This document shows, piece by piece, positions 51,790 to 62,447 of a stretch of DNA of 64,000 nucleotides. The DNA comes from Candidatus Poribacteria bacterium (GTDB lineage: Bacteria; Poribacteria; WGA-4E; WGA-3G): assembly GCA_965215265.1 (NCBI GenBank), contig OZ244048.1, forward strand, positions 224,001 to 288,000, read 5' to 3'. A program made the position numbers and the translations under genes. Every line of letters starts with the position of its first letter. Positions within the stretch are counted from its first letter, which is position 1. The notes beneath the pieces were generated by a model. It did not search any database. It had not been told where the DNA came from and worked only from the letters and a program-made list of their open reading frames with translations.

Positions 51790-52338
51790 ATGAGAGACAC
51801 TCGGGTTGCTAAGCCATACGCCCGTGCACTGTATGAAGCAGCCGTTGAACAGAATGCGTTGGACGCTATCATCACCGATGTAAACCTGTTGATAGAACTA
51901 TCTGAGCAGTCTGAAGAATTCTCACAATTCATTAACAATCCGCTGCTGTCACCTCAATTTAAAAGTGATCTGTTTCAGCGACTTTTCGCTGACACCTTAC
52001 TGCCGCTTACGCTTAACTTCCTACAACTTCTGGCTTTTAAACAACGGGAACGTTATTTCGCAGCAATAGCCAATTTCTTTATGCAGCTCGTTGATGAAGC
52101 CGCCGGCCGGGTTGTCGCAAAAGTGACAACAACTGTGCCAATGACAGCTGAACAGCAGACACGGTTAGCACAGCAATTAAGGGAATACGCAGGACCAGCC
52201 GTAAGAGAGGTCCGGTTAGAGAGCATAACTGACAAGGACATTCAGGGCGGCTTCATTGTGCAGCTAAAGGACACGGTCTTTGATGCAAGCGTCGCAACAC
52301 AACTCCGACGCTTAAAACAACAACTCGCAACAGGATAA
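51790..52338 (+). CDS. atpH: ATP synthase subunit delta
   Basis: VAKPYARALY, IQGGFIV..FDASV. Confidence 0.94.
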   Translation: MRDTRVAKPYARALYEAAVEQNALDAIITDVNLLIELSEQSEEFSQFINNPLLSPQFKSDLFQRLFADTLLPLTLNFLQLLAFKQRERYFAAIANFFMQLVDEAAGRVVAKVTTTVPMTAEQQTRLAQQLREYAGPAVREVRLESITDKDIQGGFIVQLKDTVFDASVATQLRRLKQQLATG

Positions 52339-52488
52339 TCAATTTTCTTCTATCGTGCGCAAACCCTCTTGTCTTCGCAGGAACCGCCCTGAGCAACGGA
52401 AGGTGCTACCTTCACAAAGGACAAGAGACTTTCTGACCTGCTGATGAGAAACTAAGCGTCACCATATCAAAATTGGAGAATTGCGGAT

Positions 52489-54045
52489 ATGTCAAGAGAA
52501 GTCCGACCGGACGAAATATCAAATATTCTTAAACAACAACTAGTACAATTTGAACAAAATGTAGATGTCTACGATTCTGGCACCGTCTTGGAAGTTGGCG
52601 ATGGCATCGCACGGGTACACGGACTTGCCAATGCCATGGCGAGCGAGATGATTGAATTCCCAAACGGTATTTACGGCATCGCGTTCAATCTTGAAGAGGA
52701 CAATGTTGGCTGTGTACTGTTTGGAGAAGATCAACTCATACATGAGGGCGACGTGGCAAAACGCACAGGCAGATTGCCAGAAGTCCCTGTTGGCGAAGCA
52801 CTCCTCGGACGAATCGTTGATGCACTCGGCCAACCGGTTGACGGCCTGGGCGATATTCATACAGAACACAGGCTCCCCGTTGAACGGAAAGGGCTCGGTA
52901 TTGTTCAACGTCAACCTGTCAATGAACCCCTTTACACCGGGTTGAAGGCAATTGACAGCTTAACCCCTATCGGAAAAGGACAGCGAGAACTCATCATCGG
53001 GGACCGGCGCACAGGCAAAACCGCAATTGCTTTAGATACAATCATTAATCAGAAAGACACCGGTGTTTACTGCATCTATGTTGCAATTGGGCAAAAAGGC
53101 TCAACCTTGGCGCAAGTGGCAGCAACGCTCCGCGAGCATAACGCGATGGAATATACCACCATCGTCGCTGCACCAGCAAGTGCACCTTCACCCCTTCAGT
53201 ACATCGCACCCTACTCGGGCACTTCAATGGGTGAGTACTTCAGGGATAACGGACAACACGCGCTCATCATATACGATGATTTGACCAAGCACGCATGGGC
53301 ATACCGGCAGATGTCCTTACTCTCACGCCGCCCGCCCGGCAGAGAAGCCTATCCCGGCGATGTCTTCTATCTGCACTCGCGCCTCTTAGAACGCGCAGCA
53401 AAACTGAGCGACGATTTAGGCGGCGGCTCACTCACCGCACTACCAATCATTGAAATCTTTGAAGGCGACCTGACTACCTACATTCCAACTAACGTTATCT
53501 CTATCACCGACGGGCAGATATACCTCACAACGAATCTCTTTAATGCAGGGGTGAGGCCCGCCATTGATGTCGGCACATCTGTTTCACGTGTCGGCGGTGA
53601 TGCACAAGTCAAAGCGATGAAGGCAGAAGAAGTGGCAGGCACTCTTAAACTCGATCTTGCCAACTTTCGCGAGGTAGAAGCTTTCGCGCAATTTGGAGCA
53701 GACTTAGATGCTTCCACGCAATCCCTATTACGGCGCGGCACCCGGCTCGTTGAATTGCTCAAGCAACCCCAGTATCAGCCGATGCCCATGCAACGCGAAG
53801 TTGCATCTATTTTCTGTGGTACAAACGGCTACCTCGACGACATCCCTGAACCCGAAATCGCCCGCTTTGAATCCGAATTTCTGAGTTATCTTGACAGAAA
53901 TCATGCCGAAACACTTGCAGAAATCGTTGAAACCGGATTACTAAGCGATGAATTGATTGAAAATCTACACACGGCTGTCAAGGCATTCAAGCAAAACTGG
54001 ACAGCTCAAGAACCACAAGCAGAAGAAGAGGCTACTGCAGACTAA
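52489..54045 (+). CDS. atpA: ATP synthase subunit alpha
   Basis: [32 protein letters not shown]. Confidence 0.98.
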   Translation: MSREVRPDEISNILKQQLVQFEQNVDVYDSGTVLEVGDGIARVHGLANAMASEMIEFPNGIYGIAFNLEEDNVGCVLFGEDQLIHEGDVAKRTGRLPEVPVGEALLGRIVDALGQPVDGLGDIHTEHRLPVERKGLGIVQRQPVNEPLYTGLKAIDSLTPIGKGQRELIIGDRRTGKTAIALDTIINQKDTGVYCIYVAIGQKGSTLAQVAATLREHNAMEYTTIVAAPASAPSPLQYIAPYSGTSMGEYFRDNGQHALIIYDDLTKHAWAYRQMSLLSRRPPGREAYPGDVFYLHSRLLERAAKLSDDLGGGSLTALPIIEIFEGDLTTYIPTNVISITDGQIYLTTNLFNAGVRPAIDVGTSVSRVGGDAQVKAMKAEEVAGTLKLDLANFREVEAFAQFGADLDASTQSLLRRGTRLVELLKQPQYQPMPMQREVASIFCGTNGYLDDIPEPEIARFESEFLSYLDRNHAETLAEIVETGLLSDELIENLHTAVKAFKQNWTAQEPQAEEEATAD

Positions 54046-54094
54046 ATGCCGAATCATGCACTCCGGATGAGTGCAATGTCTATACGGAATTAAC

Positions 54095-54976
54095 ATGGCA
54101 ACACTACGAGAAATCAGACGGCGGATTACTAGCATTACAAACATCTCACAGGTAACCCAAGCCATGCGCGTTGTCGCTGCCGCACGGTTACGCCGGGCAC
54201 AAGCGAATATTATGGCCACCCGCCCTTACGCAGAGAAACTCGATAAGATATTAGGACATCTTATCTCACAGATGGGTAACCTGAATCAGGAGAAGCCTAT
54301 CCACCCTCTATTGGAAGAACGTGTAGTCAAGCATGCCTGCCTCATTTCAGTCTCTGGAGACCGCGGATTATGTGGCAGCTTTAATAGCAACGTCATCCGT
54401 ACAACGACCCAACGCACACAACACTATCAGGACAACGGCGCTGACGTAACGCTCATTTGTATTGGGAGACATGGACACGAACATTTCGCACGGCGAGGCT
54501 ACGACATCACCGATGCATACGTCAATATCTTTCGTCAATTGGAATTCCAAACCGCCGTTGATATCGTCCATGAGTTCGAACAACTCTATATTGACAAAAA
54601 AATTGATAGGGTTGAGGTTATCTACAACAACTTTAAGTCTGCAATCCTCCAAACTGTCCTCGTTGAACAACTCCTCCCCTTGGTGCCGGCGCTCCCTGAA
54701 GGCGACGAACTTTTCTTAGATTATATCTATGAACCGGGGCAGGTAGAACTCTTTGAGATGCTCCTCAGCAAAGACTTGAATATGCAGATGTGGAAGGTGC
54801 TTTTAGATTCCAACGCTGCAGAACAAGCCGCGCGGATGGCTGCGATGGAGAATGCAACCCAGAAAGCAAAGGAATTAATTGACGAGCTCGTTCTGCAGCG
54901 CAATAGGGCACGTCAAACGCAAATCACGACAGAAATTTCGGAAATTGTTAGCGGTGCTGCTGCGCTAGAAGAATAG
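54095..54976 (+). CDS. atpG: ATP synthase subunit gamma
   Basis: DRGLCGSFN, EQAARMAAM, RQTQITTEISEIV. Confidence 0.97.
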   Translation: MATLREIRRRITSITNISQVTQAMRVVAAARLRRAQANIMATRPYAEKLDKILGHLISQMGNLNQEKPIHPLLEERVVKHACLISVSGDRGLCGSFNSNVIRTTTQRTQHYQDNGADVTLICIGRHGHEHFARRGYDITDAYVNIFRQLEFQTAVDIVHEFEQLYIDKKIDRVEVIYNNFKSAILQTVLVEQLLPLVPALPEGDELFLDYIYEPGQVELFEMLLSKDLNMQMWKVLLDSNAAEQAARMAAMENATQKAKELIDELVLQRNRARQTQITTEISEIVSGAAALEE

Positions 54977-55146
54977 CAAACTCTGCTCCTGTTTGGCACT
55001 AAATCGTAGGTAGAAGTCGTCGCCACCAAAATACTAGAGCCATCTATCGGGCTGATTCTTAAATCCATTGGGTATACCTTGCAAGTTTCACGTTATCTAC
55101 TCCTATTAGCCATCACGAACTGCACTAAAAAATAAGGAGGTCTCAG

Positions 55147-55620
55147 ATGTCCATCAACGTCAACGAACAGATTGAAGAGGCGATGAAACGTGGAGAATTC
55201 TCCAACTTGCCCGGCAAAGGGAAACCGCTTAGACTGGAGACGAATCCTTTCATAACTCCTCAAGTCCGCATGGCGAATCGACTCCTAAAAAATAATGGAT
55301 TCGCGCCACAGTGGATTGAATTAGAGAAAGAGATACGGCAGCAAAAAGCAAAACTCACCAGATTGGTTGAAAATCTCAAAGCACGCCGCGAACGTTTGGC
55401 TGCCCTCTTTCTGCAACATCCACACCGGGGTCCAGCTATTAAACAGTGTTTCGAACACGAACGCGCACGCACACTTACACAGTATGGCGACAAACTTAAA
55501 AGCCTTAACAAGAAAATCCAACGTTTGAACCTTCTGATGCCTGCACGAAACCGGCAATTGCCATTGATAAATCACGCTGAGGCGTACGCCCATTTCCACA
55601 AGCAATGCCCAAGTTTGTAG
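55147..55620 (+). CDS. DUF1992 (DnaJ C28-like) domain protein
   Basis: IEEAMKRGEFSNLPGKGKPL..LLKNNGFAPQWIE. Confidence 0.85.
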   Translation: MSINVNEQIEEAMKRGEFSNLPGKGKPLRLETNPFITPQVRMANRLLKNNGFAPQWIELEKEIRQQKAKLTRLVENLKARRERLAALFLQHPHRGPAIKQCFEHERARTLTQYGDKLKSLNKKIQRLNLLMPARNRQLPLINHAEAYAHFHKQCPSL

Positions 55621-55682
55621 GTATTTGGTTAGGTGCAGATGAACAGAAAAAAAATAATTCGGGGACATAGCACCGACTCTGA

Positions 55683-57185
<1,503 letters not shown>

Positions 57186-57221
57186 ATACACCCCAATGCA
57201 GCTAAATCGCTACGGGAAAAA

Positions 57222-57629
57222 ATGCTAAATAAACGTTTTCACGTCGAAATTCGCACACCTGAAGAATTGATTTATGAAGGCGATGTCACGAGCATTCGCG
57301 CCCCCGGTGTTGAAGGAAATTTTGAGATCCTCGCAGGACACATGCCGTTCCTAACCGTCTTGGAAGTCGGCGAAATCCGAATCCAAGAAGGAGCAGCACC
57401 ACAACTCCTGGCAACCAGTGGCGGGGTCTTTGAAGTGCTGCGCACCGGCGTTACCGTATTAGTCGAAACCGCAGAATGGGCATCAGAGATTGATGTTAAA
57501 CGCGCGCAAATTGCACTGGAACGTGCAAAGGCGCTGCTCAACGCAAACGCTCCCGAACTTAACAGGCCACGTGCAGAAGCGGCATTCGCACGCTCACAAA
57601 ATCGCATCCAGGTCGCTGCTAATTTATAA
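57222..57629 (+). CDS. atpC: ATP synthase subunit epsilon
   Basis: VEIRTPE, ILAGHMP, SGGVFEV, EIDVKRA. Confidence 0.95.
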   Translation: MLNKRFHVEIRTPEELIYEGDVTSIRAPGVEGNFEILAGHMPFLTVLEVGEIRIQEGAAPQLLATSGGVFEVLRTGVTVLVETAEWASEIDVKRAQIALERAKALLNANAPELNRPRAEAAFARSQNRIQVAANL

Positions 57630-57904
57630 TCCAAAATGCAGCACGCTTTCTTTTTCATAGATACTCCAGTCAATTGCGGCATGTCGAATGAAACGGATAT
57701 TGCTCCATATTTAAAACTCACGCTTTTTCTGCCTAGCGTTGTTATCGACAGCACGCTTATTCTGCGGTTTGGTACCGCACTTCTGAGCGATATCAAACCG
57801 CAGCTTTTTTGCTAGACATCTTCAACATACACGAGAATTCTATCAAGCCCTTTATCGCCTTCGTTGCCATTTTTCACACGGCAATATCCCTATTTTATTC
57901 TACG

Positions 57905-58045
57905 AAACCAAACGCGGAGACACAGATTAGGGATAAAATTCAGCAAACTTATGATGTAAAACCGGGCGGCAATTTAACGATCGTGTCGGAATTCGACGAA
58001 ATTGACATACAAACAACCGACCAGAATACGGTAGAACCTGTTTTA
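57905..58045 (+). pseudogene. Fragment resembling the N-terminus of a DUF4097/adhesin-type protein
   Basis: IRDKIQQTYDVKPGGNLTIVSEFDEIDIQT..VE, then unrelated sequence. Confidence 0.4.
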
Positions 58046-58273
58046 CCCCCTTACAAGTCGGATGAGTCTGGCCACTCCCCGCTCGCTGCTTGCGGGTGGT
58101 TAGAGGGCTGCCTTTTCTTTTTTTTCTGTTTTCGTGCAGGTGGACGCAGCCAGTCAAAAAAAAGAGCGACTTTTTTCAAAATCTATGGTATACTTTTTTA
58201 ACGAACCAAGTGACAAACTCGAAAAAAGCAGCTTGCGGCATGCAAGCAAAAAATAATGAGTGGAGGCATTAAG

Positions 58274-59986
58274 ATGCAAAAGGGCCTGTTAGGTCAGTTT
58301 CTAGCGAAGACGCAGTGGGATTTACCGGAGGGTGCGATTGCGCTTCTCGGCAGAGGGAGTGTATTTGAGATAGCGTATTCTCCGGATGGTTCTCAGTTTG
58401 CAGTGGCAAGTAGTATCGGTATTTGGCTGTATGATGCGGAAACCGGTGAGACGCTCGACCTACTCACGAGGCATACGGAGGTTGTCCAGAGCGTAGCGTT
58501 CAGCGTAGATGGCAGAACGCTCGCAAGTGGGAGTAGGGACGAAACCATTCGACTCTGGGATGTGAACACGGGCGAGACGCTCAAAACGCTCACAGGGCAT
58601 ACAGATAGCGTCATGAGCGTAGCGTTCAGCGCCGATGGTAGCACGCTCGCAAGTGGGAGTTTCGACAGAACCATTCGACTCTGGGATGTGAACACGGGCG
58701 AGACGCTCAAAACTCTCATTGGGCATACGGATAAGGCCGATCCCGTAGCGTTCAGTCCAGATGGTAGCACGCTCGCTAGTGGGAGTTTGGACAAAACCCT
58801 TCGGCTGTGGGATGTCAACACAGGCGAGACGCTCAAAACACTCACTGCGCATACGGGGGCTGTCTTGAGCGTAGCGTTCAGTCCAGATGGTAGCACGCTC
58901 GCTAGTGGGAGTTTGGACAAAACCCTTCGGCTGTGGGATGTCAACACGGGCGAGACGCTCAAAACACTCACGGGGCATACGAGTTGGGTCAAGAGCATAG
59001 CGTTCAGCCCTGATGGGCGCACGCTCGCAACTTGGAGTTCGGACAACACCATTCGTCTGTGGGATGTGAACACAGGCGAGACACTCAAAACTCTCACCGG
59101 GCATACGAGGTATGTCTTGAGCATAGCGTTCAGCGTAGATGGGCGCACGCTCGCAACTGGGAGTGCGGACAGAACCATTCGGCTCTGGGATGTCAATACA
59201 GGCGAAAACCTCAAAACTCTCACAGGGCATACGAAGCCTGTCTCTAGCATAGCGTTCAGCGTAGATGGGTGCACGCTCGCAAGTGGGAGTGGGGACGACA
59301 CCATTCGTCTGTGGGATGTGAACACAGGCGAGACACTCAAAACTCTCACTGTGCATCCGAGGTCTGTCACGAGCATAGCGTTCAGCGTAGATGGGCACAC
59401 GCTCGCAACTTGGAGTTGGGACGGCACCATTCGGCTCTGGGATGTGAACACAGGCGAGACACTCAAAAGCGTAGCGTTCAGTCCTGATGGCAGAACGCTC
59501 GCAACTTGGAGTAGGGGCGGCACCATTCGGCTCTGGGATGTGAACACAGGCGAGACACTCAAAACTCTCACAGGGCATACGGGGCATGTCACGAGCATAG
59601 CGTTCAGCGTAGATGGGCGCACGCTCGCAACTGGGAGTGCGGACAGAACCATTCGACTCTGGGCTGTCAACACAGGCGAGACACTCAAAACTCTCACAGG
59701 GCATACGGGTAGGGTCTATACCGTAGCGTTCAGCGTAGATGGGCGCACGCTCGCAACTTGGAGTTCGGACAAAACCATTCGGCTCTGGGATGTCAACACG
59801 GGCGAAAACCTCAAAACTTTCACAGGGCATACGAGGTATGTCACGAGCATAGCGTTCAGCGTAGATGGGCGCACGCTCGCTAGTGGGAGTTGGGACGGCA
59901 CCATTCGGCTCTGGGATGTCAACACGGGCGAAAACGTCAAAACTTTCACCGGGCATGTCGTAGGGGTCAGCCCAGATGGCAGGTAG
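58274..59986 (+). CDS. WD40 repeat protein with highly conserved 126-bp units
   Basis: 12 GHTxxVxS(V/I)AFSxDGxTLAxGSxDxTIRLWDVNTGETLKTLT units (one with a 10-aa deletion) plus degenerate first and last units. Confidence 0.93.
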   Translation: MQKGLLGQFLAKTQWDLPEGAIALLGRGSVFEIAYSPDGSQFAVASSIGIWLYDAETGETLDLLTRHTEVVQSVAFSVDGRTLASGSRDETIRLWDVNTGETLKTLTGHTDSVMSVAFSADGSTLASGSFDRTIRLWDVNTGETLKTLIGHTDKADPVAFSPDGSTLASGSLDKTLRLWDVNTGETLKTLTAHTGAVLSVAFSPDGSTLASGSLDKTLRLWDVNTGETLKTLTGHTSWVKSIAFSPDGRTLATWSSDNTIRLWDVNTGETLKTLTGHTRYVLSIAFSVDGRTLATGSADRTIRLWDVNTGENLKTLTGHTKPVSSIAFSVDGCTLASGSGDDTIRLWDVNTGETLKTLTVHPRSVTSIAFSVDGHTLATWSWDGTIRLWDVNTGETLKSVAFSPDGRTLATWSRGGTIRLWDVNTGETLKTLTGHTGHVTSIAFSVDGRTLATGSADRTIRLWAVNTGETLKTLTGHTGRVYTVAFSVDGRTLATWSSDKTIRLWDVNTGENLKTFTGHTRYVTSIAFSVDGRTLASGSWDGTIRLWDVNTGENVKTFTGHVVGVSPDGR

Positions 59987-60037
59987 CTCGCTATGGGGAG
60001 TTGGGAAGACAAAACCGTTCGGCTCTGGGATGTCAAC
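58471..60037 (+). repeat. Tandem 126-bp coding repeat array
   Basis: Near-identical DNA units such as ACCATTCGGCTCTGGGATGTGAACACAGGCGAGACACTCAAAACTCTCACAGGGCATACG. Confidence 0.93.
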
Positions 60038-60055
60038 GCTCGCAAGGAGGTCATC

Positions 60056-60328
60056 ATGCAAGAATCAACCCTCTTCCAACTTTACTTCGAAAAAGAACGT
60101 GAGGCAGGACGAAAACAAGGCTTAGAACAAGGCTTAGAACGAGGACGTGCTAAAGGATGCATAGAGGCTATCTTAGATATCCTTGAGACGCGTTTCCATC
60201 CCGGGGCGGCGCACCTCTTAAAACCATCTCTGGAAGCTGTCGAAGACATCGATCGCCTCAAGCAGTTATGCCAAGCCGCCGCCGCCGCTGAGAACCTTGA
60301 GACGTTCATGCAGACGCTCACCGAATAA
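60056..60328 (+). CDS. Small Rpn C-terminal-like (DUF4351-like) protein
   Basis: AAGGAGG-5nt-ATG; MQES..EREAGRKQGLEQGLERG..ILDILETRF..LKQL. Confidence 0.65.
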   Translation: MQESTLFQLYFEKEREAGRKQGLEQGLERGRAKGCIEAILDILETRFHPGAAHLLKPSLEAVEDIDRLKQLCQAAAAAENLETFMQTLTE

Positions 60329-60537
60329 AGCGGTGCCGCCGAGACAACCCAACGCCTACTGGCACACGGCGGAATCTTCTAAGAGAACTTTCTGTTAACA
60401 CGCAGCTATTAAAACTCTGCTAATCCCCTTTTACAGCATTCGTAGTGTTCGCAGAGCACCTACATCACTAAGGTCTGTCCGTCGTTGTGCAGGATGCGCT
60501 CCCCTGCTTCCCAATTCGGGCACCTCGATATCCACCA

Positions 60538-61362
60538 TTAGACTGTCAACGTAATTTTATCCTGTTTCACAATTTCCTTAATATGCCCATAAGGTGCTGA
60601 TTCAACCAACTCCAACGTTTCCGGGGATAACCGGTCAAGGATGACCTGCGGTAACCCGTGTCTCCCTTTGAATTGCGGAAAATAGCGTAAAACAAGAAAC
60701 CGGCGATCCCGGTCGGTGGGCTTCCAACGCAGCACACCATGCGTGAGCAATTCTGAAATAATCACGATATCCCCCGCCTTGGGTGTAATATTAGTGAAAA
60801 CCGCATCCGCCATCGGGTCGATGCCATCCTCTTCATCCAGTACAAGGAGATTCTCGGGCCGACCGAATTCGCTTTTATGAGAACCGGGAATTACGATGAG
60901 CCCACCGTCACCAGGATACACATCCGTGAAATACACAAAGCAGACGAAGTCGTCACAATAGATTTGCCCGTTGTCAACCGCATAGCGAGTGCTATACCAA
61001 CCGTAATCGTCACGTGCACAGTGCAATCCGCCCGGATTCACTCTCGCTCGTTCCCCGGCCCCCCACAACTCATGCTGGTCGTGTTTCAGGGAACCTCTAC
61101 CAAATCTTGGTTGATTCGCTGTAAATTCCTTAATAATCGGCCAGGTAGCGGGATGCATCGTCAAGCACTCCAGCGATTTATTAAACGCGAACCCGTGCTG
61201 ATGGAGCCCCCTCACTTCAAAACCCGGCGGCAATTCATCAGCTGGTGCTGTGATATATCGATCGACTGCTTCGGCGGCCTCTGCTAACGCGTCACCCGTG
61301 ATAACGTTTTCCAAATGCAGATAGCCTGTCACATCAAACAGATAACGTTGTTTTGGTGTCAT
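60538..61362 (-). CDS. Phytanoyl-CoA dioxygenase (PhyH) family protein
   Basis: QRYLFDVTGYLHLENV, GGLIVIPGSHK, AGDIVII..THG, RR. Confidence 0.88.
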   Translation of the reverse strand: MTPKQRYLFDVTGYLHLENVITGDALAEAAEAVDRYITAPADELPPGFEVRGLHQHGFAFNKSLECLTMHPATWPIIKEFTANQPRFGRGSLKHDQHELWGAGERARVNPGGLHCARDDYGWYSTRYAVDNGQIYCDDFVCFVYFTDVYPGDGGLIVIPGSHKSEFGRPENLLVLDEEDGIDPMADAVFTNITPKAGDIVIISELLTHGVLRWKPTDRDRRFLVLRYFPQFKGRHGLPQVILDRLSPETLELVESAPYGHIKEIVKQDKITLTV

Positions 61363-61602
61363 AAACTGATTTCTCCTTAAATAAATGATACGAAGTTTCT
61401 CCTATAATATACGCCCTCGCGGAATTTTACCAAGAAAAATATTGACTTTTTCTCTCAGATCTGTTAGTATTTAACCAATTGGTTACATCCAAGCATAATA
61501 GGCAGAATTTTCCAGAATCTTCTCACCCTATTATTTGTCACAATCTAGTACACTTTGGATGCAGTTATTAGCATAAATCACCAACCCAGGGAGGACCCGC
61601 AG

Positions 61603-62436
61603 ATGAAAACTGTTATCTCAATCTTCACCCCGATCTGTCTCTTAGCCTTAGCATGCACCATTGCATGGGCGAACATCGTTCCAGATCCGGTGCTCTATCT
61701 TGATGCTTCTGATAACCCCGGCCATGATGGTGCCTGGACGAACCTAGGTGCCGCGGGCGGTGAATTACTCGCCGCAGACGATGCACCTACGCTTGAAGAA
61801 GGCCCCGTTAAAATTCCAGCACTCGGCATTGATGAGCCGAACATGAAATACTACACAGCCAAGAAATCCCATCAAACCTTTGGCGGCCCACCCGCCAAAA
61901 ATCCGCAGCTATTTTTCGAAGACTGGACATTGGAGTTTCTTTGTAGACGGAACGGCGATTTTTTTCTCGAAGAACATCACTTCGCCGGTTTTCAAAACAG
62001 TCCACGCGAAGGTAAGCAAGGCATTCGACTCTGGATAGTAGACGGCCAAAAGCTAGACATCTCTATTCATGCACAAGGTGCTAAACAGGGCGTTCAACCC
62101 CTTAACCTTCAACTTAATGAAGGCGAATGGACATGGATAACGATTGTCGGCACCAGCGACAAATCGATCGTCGCATATCAAGACGGTGAAGAGGTCAGCA
62201 AACAAGCCGGTTTTGAGTTTGACAAAGCGTTACCTATAGACGATATCTCAATCGGTGCCAATTCTCATGATGAACGCAGACGCACTTTTAACGGCTCTTT
62301 CGCCATCGTCCGTGCCTACGACATCGCACTGACCGAAGCGGAAGTCAAGCAAAACATCTCCGGCACCTTTGCTGTTGACCCAATAGGCAAACTCTCATCT
62401 ACGTGGGCAAACGTCAAACGCGGATACACTTGGTAA
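61603..62436 (+). CDS. Secreted LamG-like jellyroll protein
   Basis: Signal peptide, LYLDASD..W.NL, FNGSFAIVRAYD.AL, C-terminal AVDPIGKLSSTWANVK. Confidence 0.8.
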   Translation: MKTVISIFTPICLLALACTIAWANIVPDPVLYLDASDNPGHDGAWTNLGAAGGELLAADDAPTLEEGPVKIPALGIDEPNMKYYTAKKSHQTFGGPPAKNPQLFFEDWTLEFLCRRNGDFFLEEHHFAGFQNSPREGKQGIRLWIVDGQKLDISIHAQGAKQGVQPLNLQLNEGEWTWITIVGTSDKSIVAYQDGEEVSKQAGFEFDKALPIDDISIGANSHDERRRTFNGSFAIVRAYDIALTEAEVKQNISGTFAVDPIGKLSSTWANVKRGYTW

Positions 62437-62447
62437 ACGGACACGGC

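Noticed and set aside
58471-59986. Diversity-generating retroelement target
   Set aside because: No reverse transcriptase or template repeat in the window, and variation is not confined to adenine positions.
58393-60061. Long antisense ORFs (434 and 533 aa)
   Set aside because: Shadows of the stop-poor 126-bp WD40 repeat.
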